Part shown: positions 13,700-26,643 of the stretch, one piece after another | Position numbering within the stretch: the first letter of the stretch is position 1 | How the letters are laid out: each line of letters begins with the position of its first letter | Assembly (NCBI GenBank): GCA_951406725.2 | Contig: OX597836.1 | Coordinates: 25,048,001 to 25,112,000 of the forward strand | Direction: 5' to 3' | From: Octopus vulgaris | Lineage: Eukaryota | Length of the DNA: 64,000 nucleotides | Position numbers and translations under genes: made by a program | The notes under the pieces: generated by a model | The model's database searches: none | What the model was told of the DNA's origin: nothing | The model's input: the letters and a program-made list of their open reading frames with translations, nothing else

Positions 13700-14200
13700 T
13701 TTACAGTATATTGTTCATCCACCTCCTCTCATTTGTTATTCGATGCTGCTTTTCTTTCTTTTCTTAAGAATCTGGTGTTTCTTAATGAGCAGATGTCTAT
13801 ATTTAAATGGTTTTATTTATAGCCAATGGAAAAGCAGTATGGATTTGGTCTTGTTGTGTTGTGATGGTTTATAGATCAGCAGTTTTTATTAATTTCTGTC
13901 TTTCTGGCTTACACACCATCATCTGCTTCTTGGCTGAGTTGCAGTCCTGTGTCAAGCACTCGTTGCACTCTGCCAGCTGCACAATATGGTCGGCAGAGCA
14001 TCGACCCTTGTGCTGTATGTACCGTGGGTTTGGAGAAGTTTTGAATGATGATGTTTTGGGCACAATCTTGGGTGTTAGTGCAGACAGCCTGAGTAGGGTC
14101 TTCTGGAGGACTTTTAGGTTGGAGATTAAGGTCTGCCTCCAGTGTTGTAGGGGAGGGAGCCTTTCAGGTTTAGGATTATCCCTGCAACTAAAGGAAGTGG
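13700..14200 (-). mobile_element. Possible decayed PLE GIY-YIG fragment
   Basis: CSADHIVQLAECNEC resembles C.S.NxIY...CxxC. Downstream, RITNERRWM resembles the R...E..WI helix. Confidence 0.35.
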
Positions 14201-14738
14201 GACCACTTTCGAGATGCATACAGGGTGACAAAAACCTTTCTGCATCTACACGTGCACACACACACACACACATACATATACATACATTCAGTGTCCTTTT
14301 GTTGTTGACTTGTAGGCTTGTATTGAACAGCTGCTACCACATGTGGGAGTAGGGTGGGGGCTAGCTGTTGGCTGCTACAACATGTAGGAAGCATTTAACT
14401 GTTGGTTGCAAACACACATTCATGCAAGCATGTGCAAGTATAGTTTTGCATGCATATTATTGCATATATAGGCAAAGTTATATTCACACATGTATAATTA
14501 AATATATCGCTATGTGCATTACATGTACATTTACATGAGTCTATACACATACACTTAAATGGTACTACATGTATACACATGTAGAACAGCTACATGCACA
14601 TGCATATGTATGTGTAGCTTCAATAGCATATGAGCATATTTCTTCATGTTTTTATGCATGAATGCACATGTGTATATGCCTGGATGCACACACATGCACA
14701 CACACACACACATATATATATATGTGTGTGTGTGCATG

Positions 14739-14769
<31 letters not shown>

Positions 14770-15254
14770 GTGTGTATGAATGTATGTATGTATGTATGTA
14801 TATATGCGTGTCTACACTTGATTGCATCTTTATTCAGAGTGATAGATGTCTATATGCAGAAATATAATTGCACATTCATGCAATTATATGCATACTCATA
14901 TGCATGCATGTGTTCAGATTTATGCAGTTTGTCATGCAGGCATTAACTGCTTATTTACTCACACACATCCATCTATATGCACACACACACACTACCTTGT
15001 TCATGTAGATATTTATGTGCATGCATGCACACACCCACACACATGCACACACACATACTTGTTCATCTGTACGTATGAGTTTGCATGCTTTTACACACTT
15101 GTACAATGACATACACACTATTGCTCAAGTATACAATGGCAAAGACAGCTGTATACATGCTGGTTCATCTATGCACATGCACACGTGCATTCACAGAGAT
15201 GGCCCTGACTTCACACACTCTCTTACACGCATACACTTATATACAAGCATATAT

Positions 15255-15665
15255 AACACACACACACACACACAGTCACACGCACACATAGTCTCACACA
15301 GTCACACACGCACACACAGTCGCACACACGTAGTCACACACACACATACAGTCACACACACATGCAGTCACACACACACACAGTCACGCACACATGCAGT
15401 CACACACACATGCAGTCACACACACATGCAGTCACACACACATGCTGTCACACACACATGCAGTCACACACACATGCAGTCATGCACACATGCAGTCACA
15501 CACACATGCAGTCACACACACATACAGTCACACACACACACGTAGTCACACACACAGTCACATACACACAGTCACACACACACAGTCACACACACGCACA
15601 TACAGCCACATACACACACAATCACATGCACACAGTCACACACACACAGTCACACATACACACAT
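15255..15665. repeat. Compound (CA)n-derived satellite, unit CAGTCACACACACATG
   Basis: Directly visible. Confidence 0.9.
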
Positions 15666-15887
15666 ATGTATGTATATGTAGTTACTTCTTCAGATTTTTT
15701 CCTCCACTTCACTTCTTCCCCACCACTGCCACCTCCCCATACCAAGTGTGAAAACACTTCTATTTCCTTCAAAATATGTGAAGGTACATGACTTTAGTGG
15801 TCAAGGTATCCAGCTCATGGTTGTAAGGTCAGGTGTTTGATGCCCTCTGACACATTGTGTCCTTGAGCAAGACACTTATTTCACATT

Positions 15888-16298
15888 GCGCAGGAGTGGC
15901 TGTGTGGTAAGTAGTTTGCTAACCAACCACACGGTTCCGGGTTCAGTCCCACTGCGTGGCATCTTGGGCAAGTGTCTTCTGCTATAGCTCCGGGCCGACC
16001 AATGCCTTGTGAGTGGATTTGGTAGACAGAAACTGAAAGAAGCGCGTCGTATATATGTATATATATATATATGTATGTATGTGTTTGTGTGTCTGTGTTT
16101 GTCCCCCTAGCATTGCTTGACAACCGATGCTGGTGTGTTTACGTCCCCGTCACTTAGCGGTTCGGCAAAAGAGACCGATAGTACTGGGCTTACAAAGAAT
16201 AAGTCTCGGGGTCGATTTGCTCGACTAAAGGCGGTGCTCCAGCATGGCCGCAATCAAATGACTGAAACAAGTAAAAGAGTAAAAGAGAGTAAAGAGAG
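15888..16298 (+). mobile_element. SINE family A nested in a family C SINE (15782-16500)
   Basis: The host SINE is split between tttcacattgc and ctcagctggcaaaaatgag. Confidence 0.85.
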
Positions 16299-16499
16299 TC
16301 CTCTCAGCTGGCAAAAATGAGTTGTACCTGAAATCCAAAGGGGCCAACCTTGTCACATTCTGTAGCATGCTGAATCTTCCTGAAAACTATGTTAAGGGTA
16401 CACACGTGTCTGTGGAGTACTCGACCACTTACATGTTAATTTCATGAGCAGGCTGTTCCATTGATCAGATCAACTGGGACCCTTCTTGTTGTAACCAAT

Positions 16500-17400
16500 G
16501 GCTTGTTGGTTCCTTCAAACTGTGGAGGCCACCAATCCTGATAATGTCTCTTCTGTTTAACCTAAACTGCTGCACCCATCATTAGGAATGTCTTCCATTT
16601 CTTCTCTCTTTAGTGTTCTGACTCAGTCTTTGGAAATATGCTGCAATGGTGTGGTTCCATCTCAAAGGGTAACCTTTGTGATCCTGCCTATAACTGACCC
16701 ATCATATTTGTTGCCAAACACCCTCTAATCTGATATAAAAAATTAAACCACCTTCTCCAACACCCTGGGTCTCTCTCTCTATTCCCCTCTCCCTCCCTCC
16801 ATTCCCCTCTCCCTCCCTCCACCCACTTCCATAGCCAGATCTCATAAATACTTGTTTTCCTGTGTTCTTCACGTTGGTCCTACACTTTTGAGAAGTCCAG
16901 TAAAATGAACGTCGTGGTACTCAACATCAGCAAAACCTTTGTCCACGTCTGCTATGGGAATCTCCTTGCTAAGCTGCTCTCTTGTGGTCTTCGTCCATTT
17001 CTAATCTCCCAGTTTAGAAATATCTTCTCACATAACACCATCACAATGTGTACTCACGGGGTTAGCAAACCCACACAGTATCAGCTCTGATGTGCCATAA
17101 ACTGGGCCACATCTCCTACATCCGCTTACACCCTATGTTCACCTGCAGGTGATAATTCTCTTCATTCTTCTTTAACCTGCTATACAAAGCTATTGTGATA
17201 TTCTGAGATGTGCTACGGGGTTTTTCTTACAGATAGGGATTTATCTCCTTTACTGGACATTGTTAACAGCGCATGACAGGAACTGGAAAGCAGTCTAGTA
17301 GTTCATTATTCTTTGATGTGACTCTGCTCACACCAGGCATATAAGACCTGCACTGCTCTTAAGAAAAGCCCTTCACTACCATTTATGGAACATCGACCAT
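16500..17400 (+). mobile_element. Decayed LINE reverse-transcriptase remnant
   Basis: VVVLNISKTFVHVCYGNLLAKL resembles the RT motif LDISKAFDRVWH..LL.KL. Boundaries are uncertain. Confidence 0.6.
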
Positions 17401-17918
17401 TAGAAACTTTTCTCCATTTTTCTCATCTCTGGGCTGTCTTTTCTGTTTCACTCAAGTTGGATCCCTGCTTCCTTCTAGGTTTTGCAGCCCTGTTATGTTT
17501 CCCTTATGAAGGCCTTTCTCTCCCAGATTTAGTTTTGAATTGTCATCGATGCTTTTATAACTTTTTCTACATAGGGGCATTGGGCTTTTCCAAATCCATT
17601 TTCACCTCTGAGAAGTGGTTATGTGTATTAGTCTAGCCTCTATTCTTTGACCTGTCAATGAGAGGCCCTACATAGAGCTTGCCCTCTCCTCTGAAGAGAG
17701 ATCTACTCTCAAGCATTTTCCACTGGAGACATAACAGTCTAGTATCTCTCAACAGCACAGACACAACTACTGCTCATATCAAGGATACATCCTGTAACTT
17801 TCATTCTCTCATCGTGGACACCAATACAAATCAGCCTTCAAAATGTTAACACTTAACTCAGTCTAATCTTCCAGAAGAAGTGATGTTGCTGTTTATTGCT
17901 GTCACTTTATAGTGTTAA

Positions 17919-18139
17919 CCCTTTAGTGTTCGCATTATTCTGCCAAAATTAATCCTTTTTTATCCACATTGCCTTGAACTAATCATGCATTATCTTGTAG
18001 CTTTGAGATTTTGATGTGGTAGCTGTTAATTTTTAAAACGATATTGTAGGGCTGGTGTGAGAGACCAGATCTGGCCAGTTTGAACATAAAACAGGCAGAA
18101 TACTTTTGGCCAGATATGGCCGGTTTGAATGCTAAAGGG
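17919..18139. mobile_element. piggyBac-like MITE
   Basis: TTAA|CCCTTTAG...CTAAAGGG|TTAA. Confidence 0.8.
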
Positions 18140-18451
18140 TTAAATAGGGCCAATGTCATTGGAGTCGTCGACACTACCACTGGTATTTGATGTATAATAT
18201 CAGCAGCAATCACATTGGCCTTTACCTGATATTGTAAAGCAGCAGTAATAAACGCCAACATCCCTTCATCCAGAAGATGAGACCATGAAGGGCAAGAAAC
18301 ACTGGTGTGTTATTTGCAGTTTGTCTCGAACAAACTGCAAAGAACACATACAGTCATATTAAAAAAAAAATAATGTTGATTAATAAATAATATTTGAACA
18401 TAATCATATATGTACATATATTTATAAGTACACACACACACACACACACAC

Positions 18452-18485
<34 letters not shown>

Positions 18486-18488
<3 letters not shown>

Positions 18489-18595
18489 AAATAGGGTAAT
18501 AATAAATTATTATTATCAGTGGCCTAGCACAAAAAACGAATTAGTCATTAGACTATATATTATTCATATAGAAATACAATAAGAGGCCTCTTATT

Positions 18596-18599
<4 letters not shown>
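18486..18599. mobile_element. Short repeat in (TA)n ending in a perfect 26-bp palindrome
   Basis: Near-identical to 60005-60090. It ends atacaataagagg|cctcttattgtat (18574-18599). Confidence 0.7.
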
Positions 18600-18631
<32 letters not shown>

Positions 18632-18865
18632 GTATGTGTATTATGTATATATATTTGTGTATAAGAGCAGCTTCTGCACATTTCTGTTTTTCAACTTCCA
18701 CCTACAAAATTTCATCAGGCCCAAAGTTATATTAACAGATGATTGCCTCTTGTTTTCCGTAACGAGATTGAACTTGGAACCACATGACTGAGAAATGGAC
18801 TTCTTAACCACCCAACCATGTCTGACAATGCACTTTTATACATACACCCTCAATCACACAGGTTC

Positions 18866-18916
<51 letters not shown>

Positions 18917-19030
18917 TGTCCTCCTTCTTTCTTTCCTTTCCTGAGTGTCCAATAATACTATACTTGTTCCATGTCCTCGCGTTGTTGTGTTTTCTCTTTG
19001 TGTTTTCATGTTTGGATTAACTATATATAT

Positions 19031-19097
<67 letters not shown>

Positions 19098-19691
19098 AAG
19101 TGCTCCTATACTCTGATAAGTCATTAGCAAACCAGTTTACCTATGTAGTTTCAGTCCTCAGGTGGGTCCAGTTTACCTGTATTGCTAAAACTATTGAGAA
19201 TGGCATGGATGGAGAAGAATATGGATTGTTTAAGCTTGTTCCACTGATTCAGAAAGGTCTTTCTTCTTCGTTTTTCTCCTCTTCCTGCACCTCTATTTCC
19301 CCCTGCCCCCTACCCCTCTTCGGTGCCCATCCCTCCATACAGTAGCAGCCTGTTTTGTAGTACACCACTGCATCACAATGAAAAGGCATCTTTGTCCTGG
19401 TTTCTCATTCCCTCACTTGTAAGAACTTCACCTACCTGTATATAAAGGAGGTGGGGTGGGTGGACGGGGGGCGGGGTGGTATGGGGTGGGGACTATCACA
19501 CACAGGCCTTCCTGCTTCATTGAGAAACTGCTGCTGCTGCTCGTGTTACTACTGCAGCTATTACTACTACTAGTACCATTACTAACTCTACCACCACCAC
19601 CACCACCCTTCCCAGAAGTAACACTACCTCAATTTCCAGCTCTACAGCGGGCAGGTAAGCTATCATTCACATTTGCCTCTTCATTGAGAAG

Positions 19692-19727
19692 CTGCTGCTG
19701 CTACTACTACTACTGCTGCTACTGCTG

Positions 19728-19791
<64 letters not shown>

Positions 19792-19831
19792 CACTACCAC
19801 CACCACCACCACCACCACCACCACCACCACC

Positions 19832-19884
<53 letters not shown>

Positions 19885-19893
19885 CACCACCAC
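19692..19893. repeat. Mosaic (CTG)/(CTA)/(CCA) trinucleotide tract
   Basis: Directly visible. Confidence 0.95.
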
Positions 19894-20281
19894 TTCTATA
19901 TAATTAAATTCCTGACATACTTCTTTCAGCCCTTTCTCATTTCTTTCCTTTCCCTCTATCTGTCACCCTCTCTCCATTGATTTCCTTTTCACCTGTCTCT
20001 CTCTCTCTACTCCCACTTTTGTTTTCTCTCACCTTTCTCCTTCAAACTATCTCTCCCTCACCCCCCCCCCCCCCGTGCACCTCACCACCACCACCACCAC
20101 TAAAACATTCTGAGAATGCTCACAATGTAATAATTCCAACAACAGACCTATCCAAGTCCTTTCATCCATTCATCCATTCATCCATGCCAGCCATCTCTAA
20201 ATGTGCTGTTTCAGCTTAGCTGCATACGCTTACACACAAGTAACCATATGCACATGCATACGTGCATTTGAGTTTGTATAT

Positions 20282-20312
<31 letters not shown>

Positions 20313-20518
20313 CACACACATATACATAAACACACACACACACACATATGTATGTCTTAAATACATACAGAAATACATATGCACACACACACACATAAAT
20401 GACAGAAAATAGAAGGAATGACATTCGTTATTGAAAATCACTAGAATCATTTTTTACAACTGTAACACCTGTAGCAGTATATTGATGAGATATTGTGTAA
20501 TCTCTCTCTGTCTCTCTG

Positions 20519-20661
<143 letters not shown>

Positions 20662-22041
20662 ACACTGCCAGATCAGACTGGGCCTGATGCAGCCTTCTGG
20701 CTTCACAGACCCCAGTTGAACCGTCCAACCCATGCTAGCATGGAAAGCGGATGCTAAATGGTGATGATGATGATGATGATGATATATGGGTGGGTGTGTA
20801 TATACACACATACAAGCTTACATGCATAAACTCACACACACACACACACACACACATATTCTTCTATGTTCAATTTTTACCAAGCCAGGATTACGCAAAT
20901 GTTACTGAGGCATTGCTTCACAACTTGATGGATGCCTTTGCCGTCACTAACCTTTGCCTGTTTTGTCAAAAAAAAGGGATTTGTTATTTGCAGTGTGAAG
21001 TGGTCACATGATTCGTAGACAGGAGAACTGACAATAACAACACCATTGATACAGCACAAATCTTATAGAAGCAAGCAAGATGTAAACAAACACACACACA
21101 TGCTCTCTCACACACACACACGCACACACACACACACACGCTCATACACACACACGCTCACACACACACATGTTCACACACACACCTGGAACACCTTCTT
21201 AGATGGTAATGTTCAGATTATTCTGTAGTTTTAATTTTTTTGTTTTTGTTAACCGTATTCTTTTCAACTGTCTACAAACACAGCCAGGCTGAAATAATTA
21301 ATGCATTCTTCCGGGAGTGAATAAAAAATTCTCAAACTTGAGGAGATGGGCCCCTTAGATACTAACATTGTAAGGTCATGAGCTCACATCCTGTCAATGA
21401 TGCATTGAGTCCTTGAGCAAGACACTTTATTTTCACATTGCTCCAGTCCACTCAGCTGGTAAAATTGAGCTGCACCTGTAATTGAAAAAGGGCCAGCTTA
21501 ATCACATTCTGTGTCACACTGAATCTCCCTGAGAACTATGTTAAGGGTACACGTATCTGTGGAGTACTCAGCCACTTGCGTGTTAATTTCACGAGCCAGC
21601 TGTTCTCTTCATCAGATCAACTGGAACCCTCGTTGCCATAATCAATGGAGTGCCAGAAGGAATGCATCTTTTGTTTCAGTCATTGACTTGTGGCCATGCT
21701 GGAGCACTACCTTCAAGGGTTTTAGTTAAACAAATTGACCCCCCCCCCAGTACCTATTTTTAAGCCTGGTGCTTATTCTGCCAGCCTCTGTTGCTGAACT
21801 GCCAAGTTACAGGGACCATAAACTAACCAACACTGGTTGTCAAGCAGTGACGGGAGTCAAACATGAAGCATCCCCACCTCCTATGCTGTTTCTATCTATC
21901 AAACTCACCCACAAGGCATTGGTCAGTGCCCGGGGCTATAATAGAGGACACTTTCTCTGGGTTTCTTGCTGTGGGACTGAACCTGAAACCATAAAATTGC
22001 AAACAAAATGAGGTTCTTAACCACACAACCATGTCTGCACC

Positions 22042-22102
<61 letters not shown>

Positions 22103-22105
22103 GCG

Positions 22106-22186
<81 letters not shown>

Positions 22187-22266
22187 CATCATCATCATTT
22201 ATTGTCCATGTTTTCAGCTAGTATGGGTTGGACTATATATATATATTATAATAAGAGATATATATA

Positions 22267-22302
<36 letters not shown>

Positions 22303-22311
22303 TGTACATAT

Positions 22312-22515
22312 TCTTTTACTTGTTTCAGTCATTTGACTGTGACCACGCTGGAGCACCACCTTTTAGTCGAACAAATCAACCCCAGGACTTATTATTTGTA
22401 AGCCTAGTACTTATACTATCGGTCTCTTTTTGCCGAGCCGCTAAGTTACGAGGACTTAAACATACCAACATTGGTTGTCAAGTGAAGGTGGGGAGGTGGG
22501 GGACAAACACAGACA

Positions 22516-22553
<38 letters not shown>

Positions 22554-22725
22554 AATATATACAATGGGCTTCTTTCAGTTTCCATCCACCAAATCCACTC
22601 ACAAGGCTTTGGTTGGCCTGAGGATATAGTAGAAGACACTGGCCCAAGATGGCTCACAAGTGGGACTGAACCCAGCGCCATGAGGTTGGGAAGAAAGCTT
22701 CTTACCACACACCCACTCCTGCACC
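22312..22725 (-). mobile_element. SINE family A
   Basis: Reverse-orientation copy. Others lie at ~1-265, 2420-2770, 21670-22040, 56955-57362 and 58425-58676. Confidence 0.85.
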
Positions 22726-23764
22726 TATATATATATACATACATATACCTGCATATAGCATATGAGAGAAAGAGAAAGAAAATGTCTCCATCCCTGCCCA
22801 CCTCATTTGATTGTCTTATTTCTTACTCCTCTTCTTCCTAACCCATCATCATCATCCCTTAAAACCCTTTTTTTTCGCAGTATTTACATTTTCTCCCCTT
22901 TCATCAGCCACCTGTTAGTGATCTGTGTGTGTGTGTGTGTGGTGTGCGCATTCCGGCTTGTGTGTGTGCATGTAAGTGCATTCATGGGTATGTGTATGTA
23001 TAAACTTGTATGTGTGTGTGTGTGTGTAATGGAATGAAGTTGTTTTGGTTAGGTGTTTTTTTTTCTTTGAGGAAAACAGAGAATGGAAGAAGGAAGTGTG
23101 AGGTGGGGGTGAGAGGATGGAAAGAAGGGAAAAGGGAATACAAAGGAAGGAGTGGGAGGGGAGAAGGGGGGAAATGGTGGAATGGGATAGAGTAGGAGGT
23201 ATAAGTGGGAAGGGGGGGAGTAGGCGAGTAAAGGATGGAGGGAGGAAGGAAGGAGGGGAAGATGGGAAAGGAGAAATGGTGGGAGGAAGGAGTTAAATAG
23301 GAAAAAGAATACACAATGAAAGAAAAAAAAAAAAAGCAAACGAAGGAGAATGAAAAGAGGAAGAAGAAAACGAAAATGAAGGAACAGGGGGGAGGGAAAT
23401 GGAATCAAGTGGAAAGAACGACGGTGGGGAAGGAAAACTTGCAAAAGAACGGAAAAGAAAGAAGAGAAAATATATAAAAAAAAAAAAAGAAGAATGTTGA
23501 AAGGAAAAATACAATAAAAGAAAGAGATGAAGGAGATGAAAGAGGCCCTGAATTTTTCTTTCGATGTTTCTGCAATTTAATCTTAGAATTTTTTTCTTCT
23601 TTCTTTCTCCTCCCTTGCTTCTCGACTCAAGATCTTTGGTGATGATGTTGTTGTTGCTGTTGTTGTTGTTGTTGTAGTTGTTGTTGTAGTTCCTTTGGAA
23701 ATATTGCCTCAGTTTCCCTATGGAATGTTGGAGGAGTGCGTTGGGGGGTTTGAACACATGTCAG

Positions 23765-23843
23765 GCGTGTGCATGTGTGTGTGTGTGTATGCATGTGTGT
23801 GTGTGTGTATGCATGTGCATGTGTGTGTGCGTGTGTGCATGTG

Positions 23844-23882
<39 letters not shown>

Positions 23883-24102
23883 GTGTGTGTGTGCGTGTGC
23901 GTGTGTGTGTGTGTGCGTGTGTGTATGTGTGTGTGCATGTGTGTGTACGTGTGTGAATGTATATGTGTGTGTGCGTGTGTGTGTGCATGTGTGTGTGTGT
24001 GCATTGTGTGTGCATGTGTGTGTGCATGTATGTATGTGTGTGTGTGTGTGTCTGTCTGTGTGTGTGTGCATGTGTGTGTGTGCGTGTGTGTGCGTGCGTG
24101 CG

Positions 24103-24133
<31 letters not shown>
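23765..24133. repeat. Long interrupted (TG)n microsatellite
   Basis: Directly visible. Many other (CA)n, (TA)n, (ATT)n and (CT)n tracts occur throughout the window. Confidence 0.95.
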
Positions 24134-24784
24134 TTGTAGGTGTTACAAAGAGGGCTGATAGCAAGGAAACTGCAAGGATAAAAATATTGATTGACATACA
24201 AATGAGTTGGCTTCAGCTGTATGTGCGGAAGGGTGGCGATGGGGTGGAGGGCAAGCGAGATTGTTTAAGGCTTTCAACGATTTCTTACAACAGTTACAAC
24301 AAGGCCTCGGGAATTACAAAGGAGTGGAGAAAAAGGGAGAGAGAGAGGAGCAGTGAGGGAGCAGTTGTGGTTGTTTTTGGTGATCAACTGATTTCTTTCA
24401 TCTCTGCTGCAAGGCGTTGGCTTTTTATGGGGGGGGTAGGGCAATGGGCAATGGAAGGAGAACAATTAGGAATATACTTTATCCGCTTACTTTTTCTTTT
24501 ATATGAGGCTAAAAGATCTTGATTGAATAAACAACTGATTAGGAATGGTTGCCGTTTAACCCCAGGTTAATTCTGGCCAGGCAAATTTACAATCAAAGAC
24601 ATTCCAGTTGAGACCTTCATATCTTACTTATACACAGTATATCAACAGCCACATTGAACAGTGTATCTTTTTTTTTTTTGTTTTTGTTGTTCTTACGACA
24701 ATAGGATATAATTTGAGGGAGATTGGGTTGTTATTTCTAATCAGTTTAGCAACTACATTGACACTCTCACATGTATTGTTGTTA

Positions 24785-25392
24785 GTATTTGTTTCTTTAT
24801 TACCCACAAGGGGCTAAAGACAGAGGGGACAAACAAGGACAGACAAGCGGATTAAGACGATTACATCGACCCCCAGTGCATAACGGGTACTTAATTTATC
24901 GACCCCGAAAGGATGAAAGGCAAGGTCGACCTCGGCAGAATTTGAACTAAGAACGTAATGACATGAAATACCTATTTCTTTACTACCCACAAGGGGCTAA
25001 ACATAGAGAGGACAAACAAGGACAGACAAGCGAATTAAGTCGATTACATCGACCCCAGTGCGTAACGGGTACTTAATTTATCGACCCCGAAAGGATGAAA
25101 GGCAAAGTCGACCTCGGCAGAATTTGAACTCAGAACGTAATGACATGAATTACCTATTTCTTTACTACCCACAGGGGGCTAAACACAGAGGGGACAAACA
25201 AGGACAGACAAGCGAATTAAGTCGATTACATCGACCCCCCAGTGCATAACGAGTACTTAATTTATCGACCCCGAAAGGATGAAAGGCAAAGTCGACCTCG
25301 GCAGAATTTGAACTCAGAACGTAACGGCAGACGAAATACGGTTACGCATTTCGCCCGGCGTGCTAACGGTTCCTGCCAGCTCACCACCTTAA
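24785..25392 (-). mobile_element. SINE (family B) with a triplicated ~180-bp body and tail
   Basis: Three consecutive copies of tttctttactacccacaagggg...cagaacgtaa, and one tRNA-like head at the right end. Confidence 0.9.
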
Positions 25393-26148
25393 TTATAGCT
25401 CCAGACAACCTTGATCCAGCAGATCTTTAACCAAAAGCAGTCCCACCATGACCATCCCATCTTATATGCAGACAGTGTATGCTGAAGACTACAGCATGCA
25501 GTTTGTACGCCTCTTTTGCAAGATGGTAGGTGAAATAATTAGAAGGTTCCAAGTTGTCCAATCATTAAACCAAAACTGCATTTTATCCAAGCTAACCTTG
25601 TCCTCTACTAAGTCTACCAGGTTGTGAGGGGAGAGGGGCCCTGTGATTCCTCCTCCTCTTGTGCATTTTCTTTGTTCTTGTACCACTTGACTGATAATAA
25701 CTACTACCTGCACCAGGCAATTTGGATGTCACCCTCTTTATTCCATTACCTCATTAACTAACTGACTAATTAACATATGACCTACAAACCTTGATGCAAA
25801 CACTCCTATGTCAACATGCAACCTTCCCATGCAAGCCTCTATCCTTCTTTCTTCACCTCTTCTGTCTCTTCTTTTTCATTCCCTCTTTCTGTTTATTTAA
25901 AAAAATTTTTTTTATAAATTTCAATTCTGTTTTCCTTCCCTGGCCTTCCTTACTTTACTAAATTGAAATATCTTGTTCCCAAATGCAATCCTGTAATACA
26001 CTGGGGGCTACAAACTACTTTACTGTAGCAATATATATACCCAAACTGAAATCCAGCAATATACTGACGGATGGTTAAAGCCTGTTTCTCTGTAACAATC
26101 ATGAAATTATACTGAATCACAGAACTCAGGGTTTTATACATACATGCA

Positions 26149-26193
<45 letters not shown>

Positions 26194-26204
26194 GTATATT
26201 TTTT

Positions 26205-26405
26205 TTGTTTCAGTCATTTGACTGCGGCCATGCTAGAGCACCACTTTTAGTTGAGCAAATCGACCCCAGAGCTTATTCTTTGTAAGCCAATTACTTATTC
26301 TATTGGTCCCTCTTGCTGAACCGCTAAGTGACGGGGATGTAAACATACCAGCATTGGTTGTCAAGCGATGCTGGAGGGACAAACGCAGACACATATATAT
26401 ATATG

Positions 26406-26443
<38 letters not shown>

Positions 26444-26602
26444 ACAGGCTTCTTTCGGTTTCTGTCTACCAAATTCACTCACAAGGTTTTGGTTGGCCCG
26501 AGGCTATAGTAGAAGACACTTGCCCAAAGTGCCAAGCAGTGGGACTGAACCTGGAGCAATGTGGTTGGTAAGCAAGTAACTTACCACACAGCCACACTTG
26601 CG
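26205..26602 (-). mobile_element. SINE family A
   Basis: Reverse-orientation copy. Confidence 0.9.
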
Positions 26603-26609
26603 CACGCGT

Positions 26610-26643
<34 letters not shown>

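Noticed and set aside
14395-15751. HT/CV/YI-rich ORFs here and at 19456-24522, 33668-34555, 39110-39817, 45163-45769 and 54320-54798
   Set aside because: They are translations of di- and trinucleotide microsatellites, not proteins.
23075-23545. Long purine-rich tract and its P/S/F-rich antisense ORFs
   Set aside because: Low-complexity sequence with no coding evidence.
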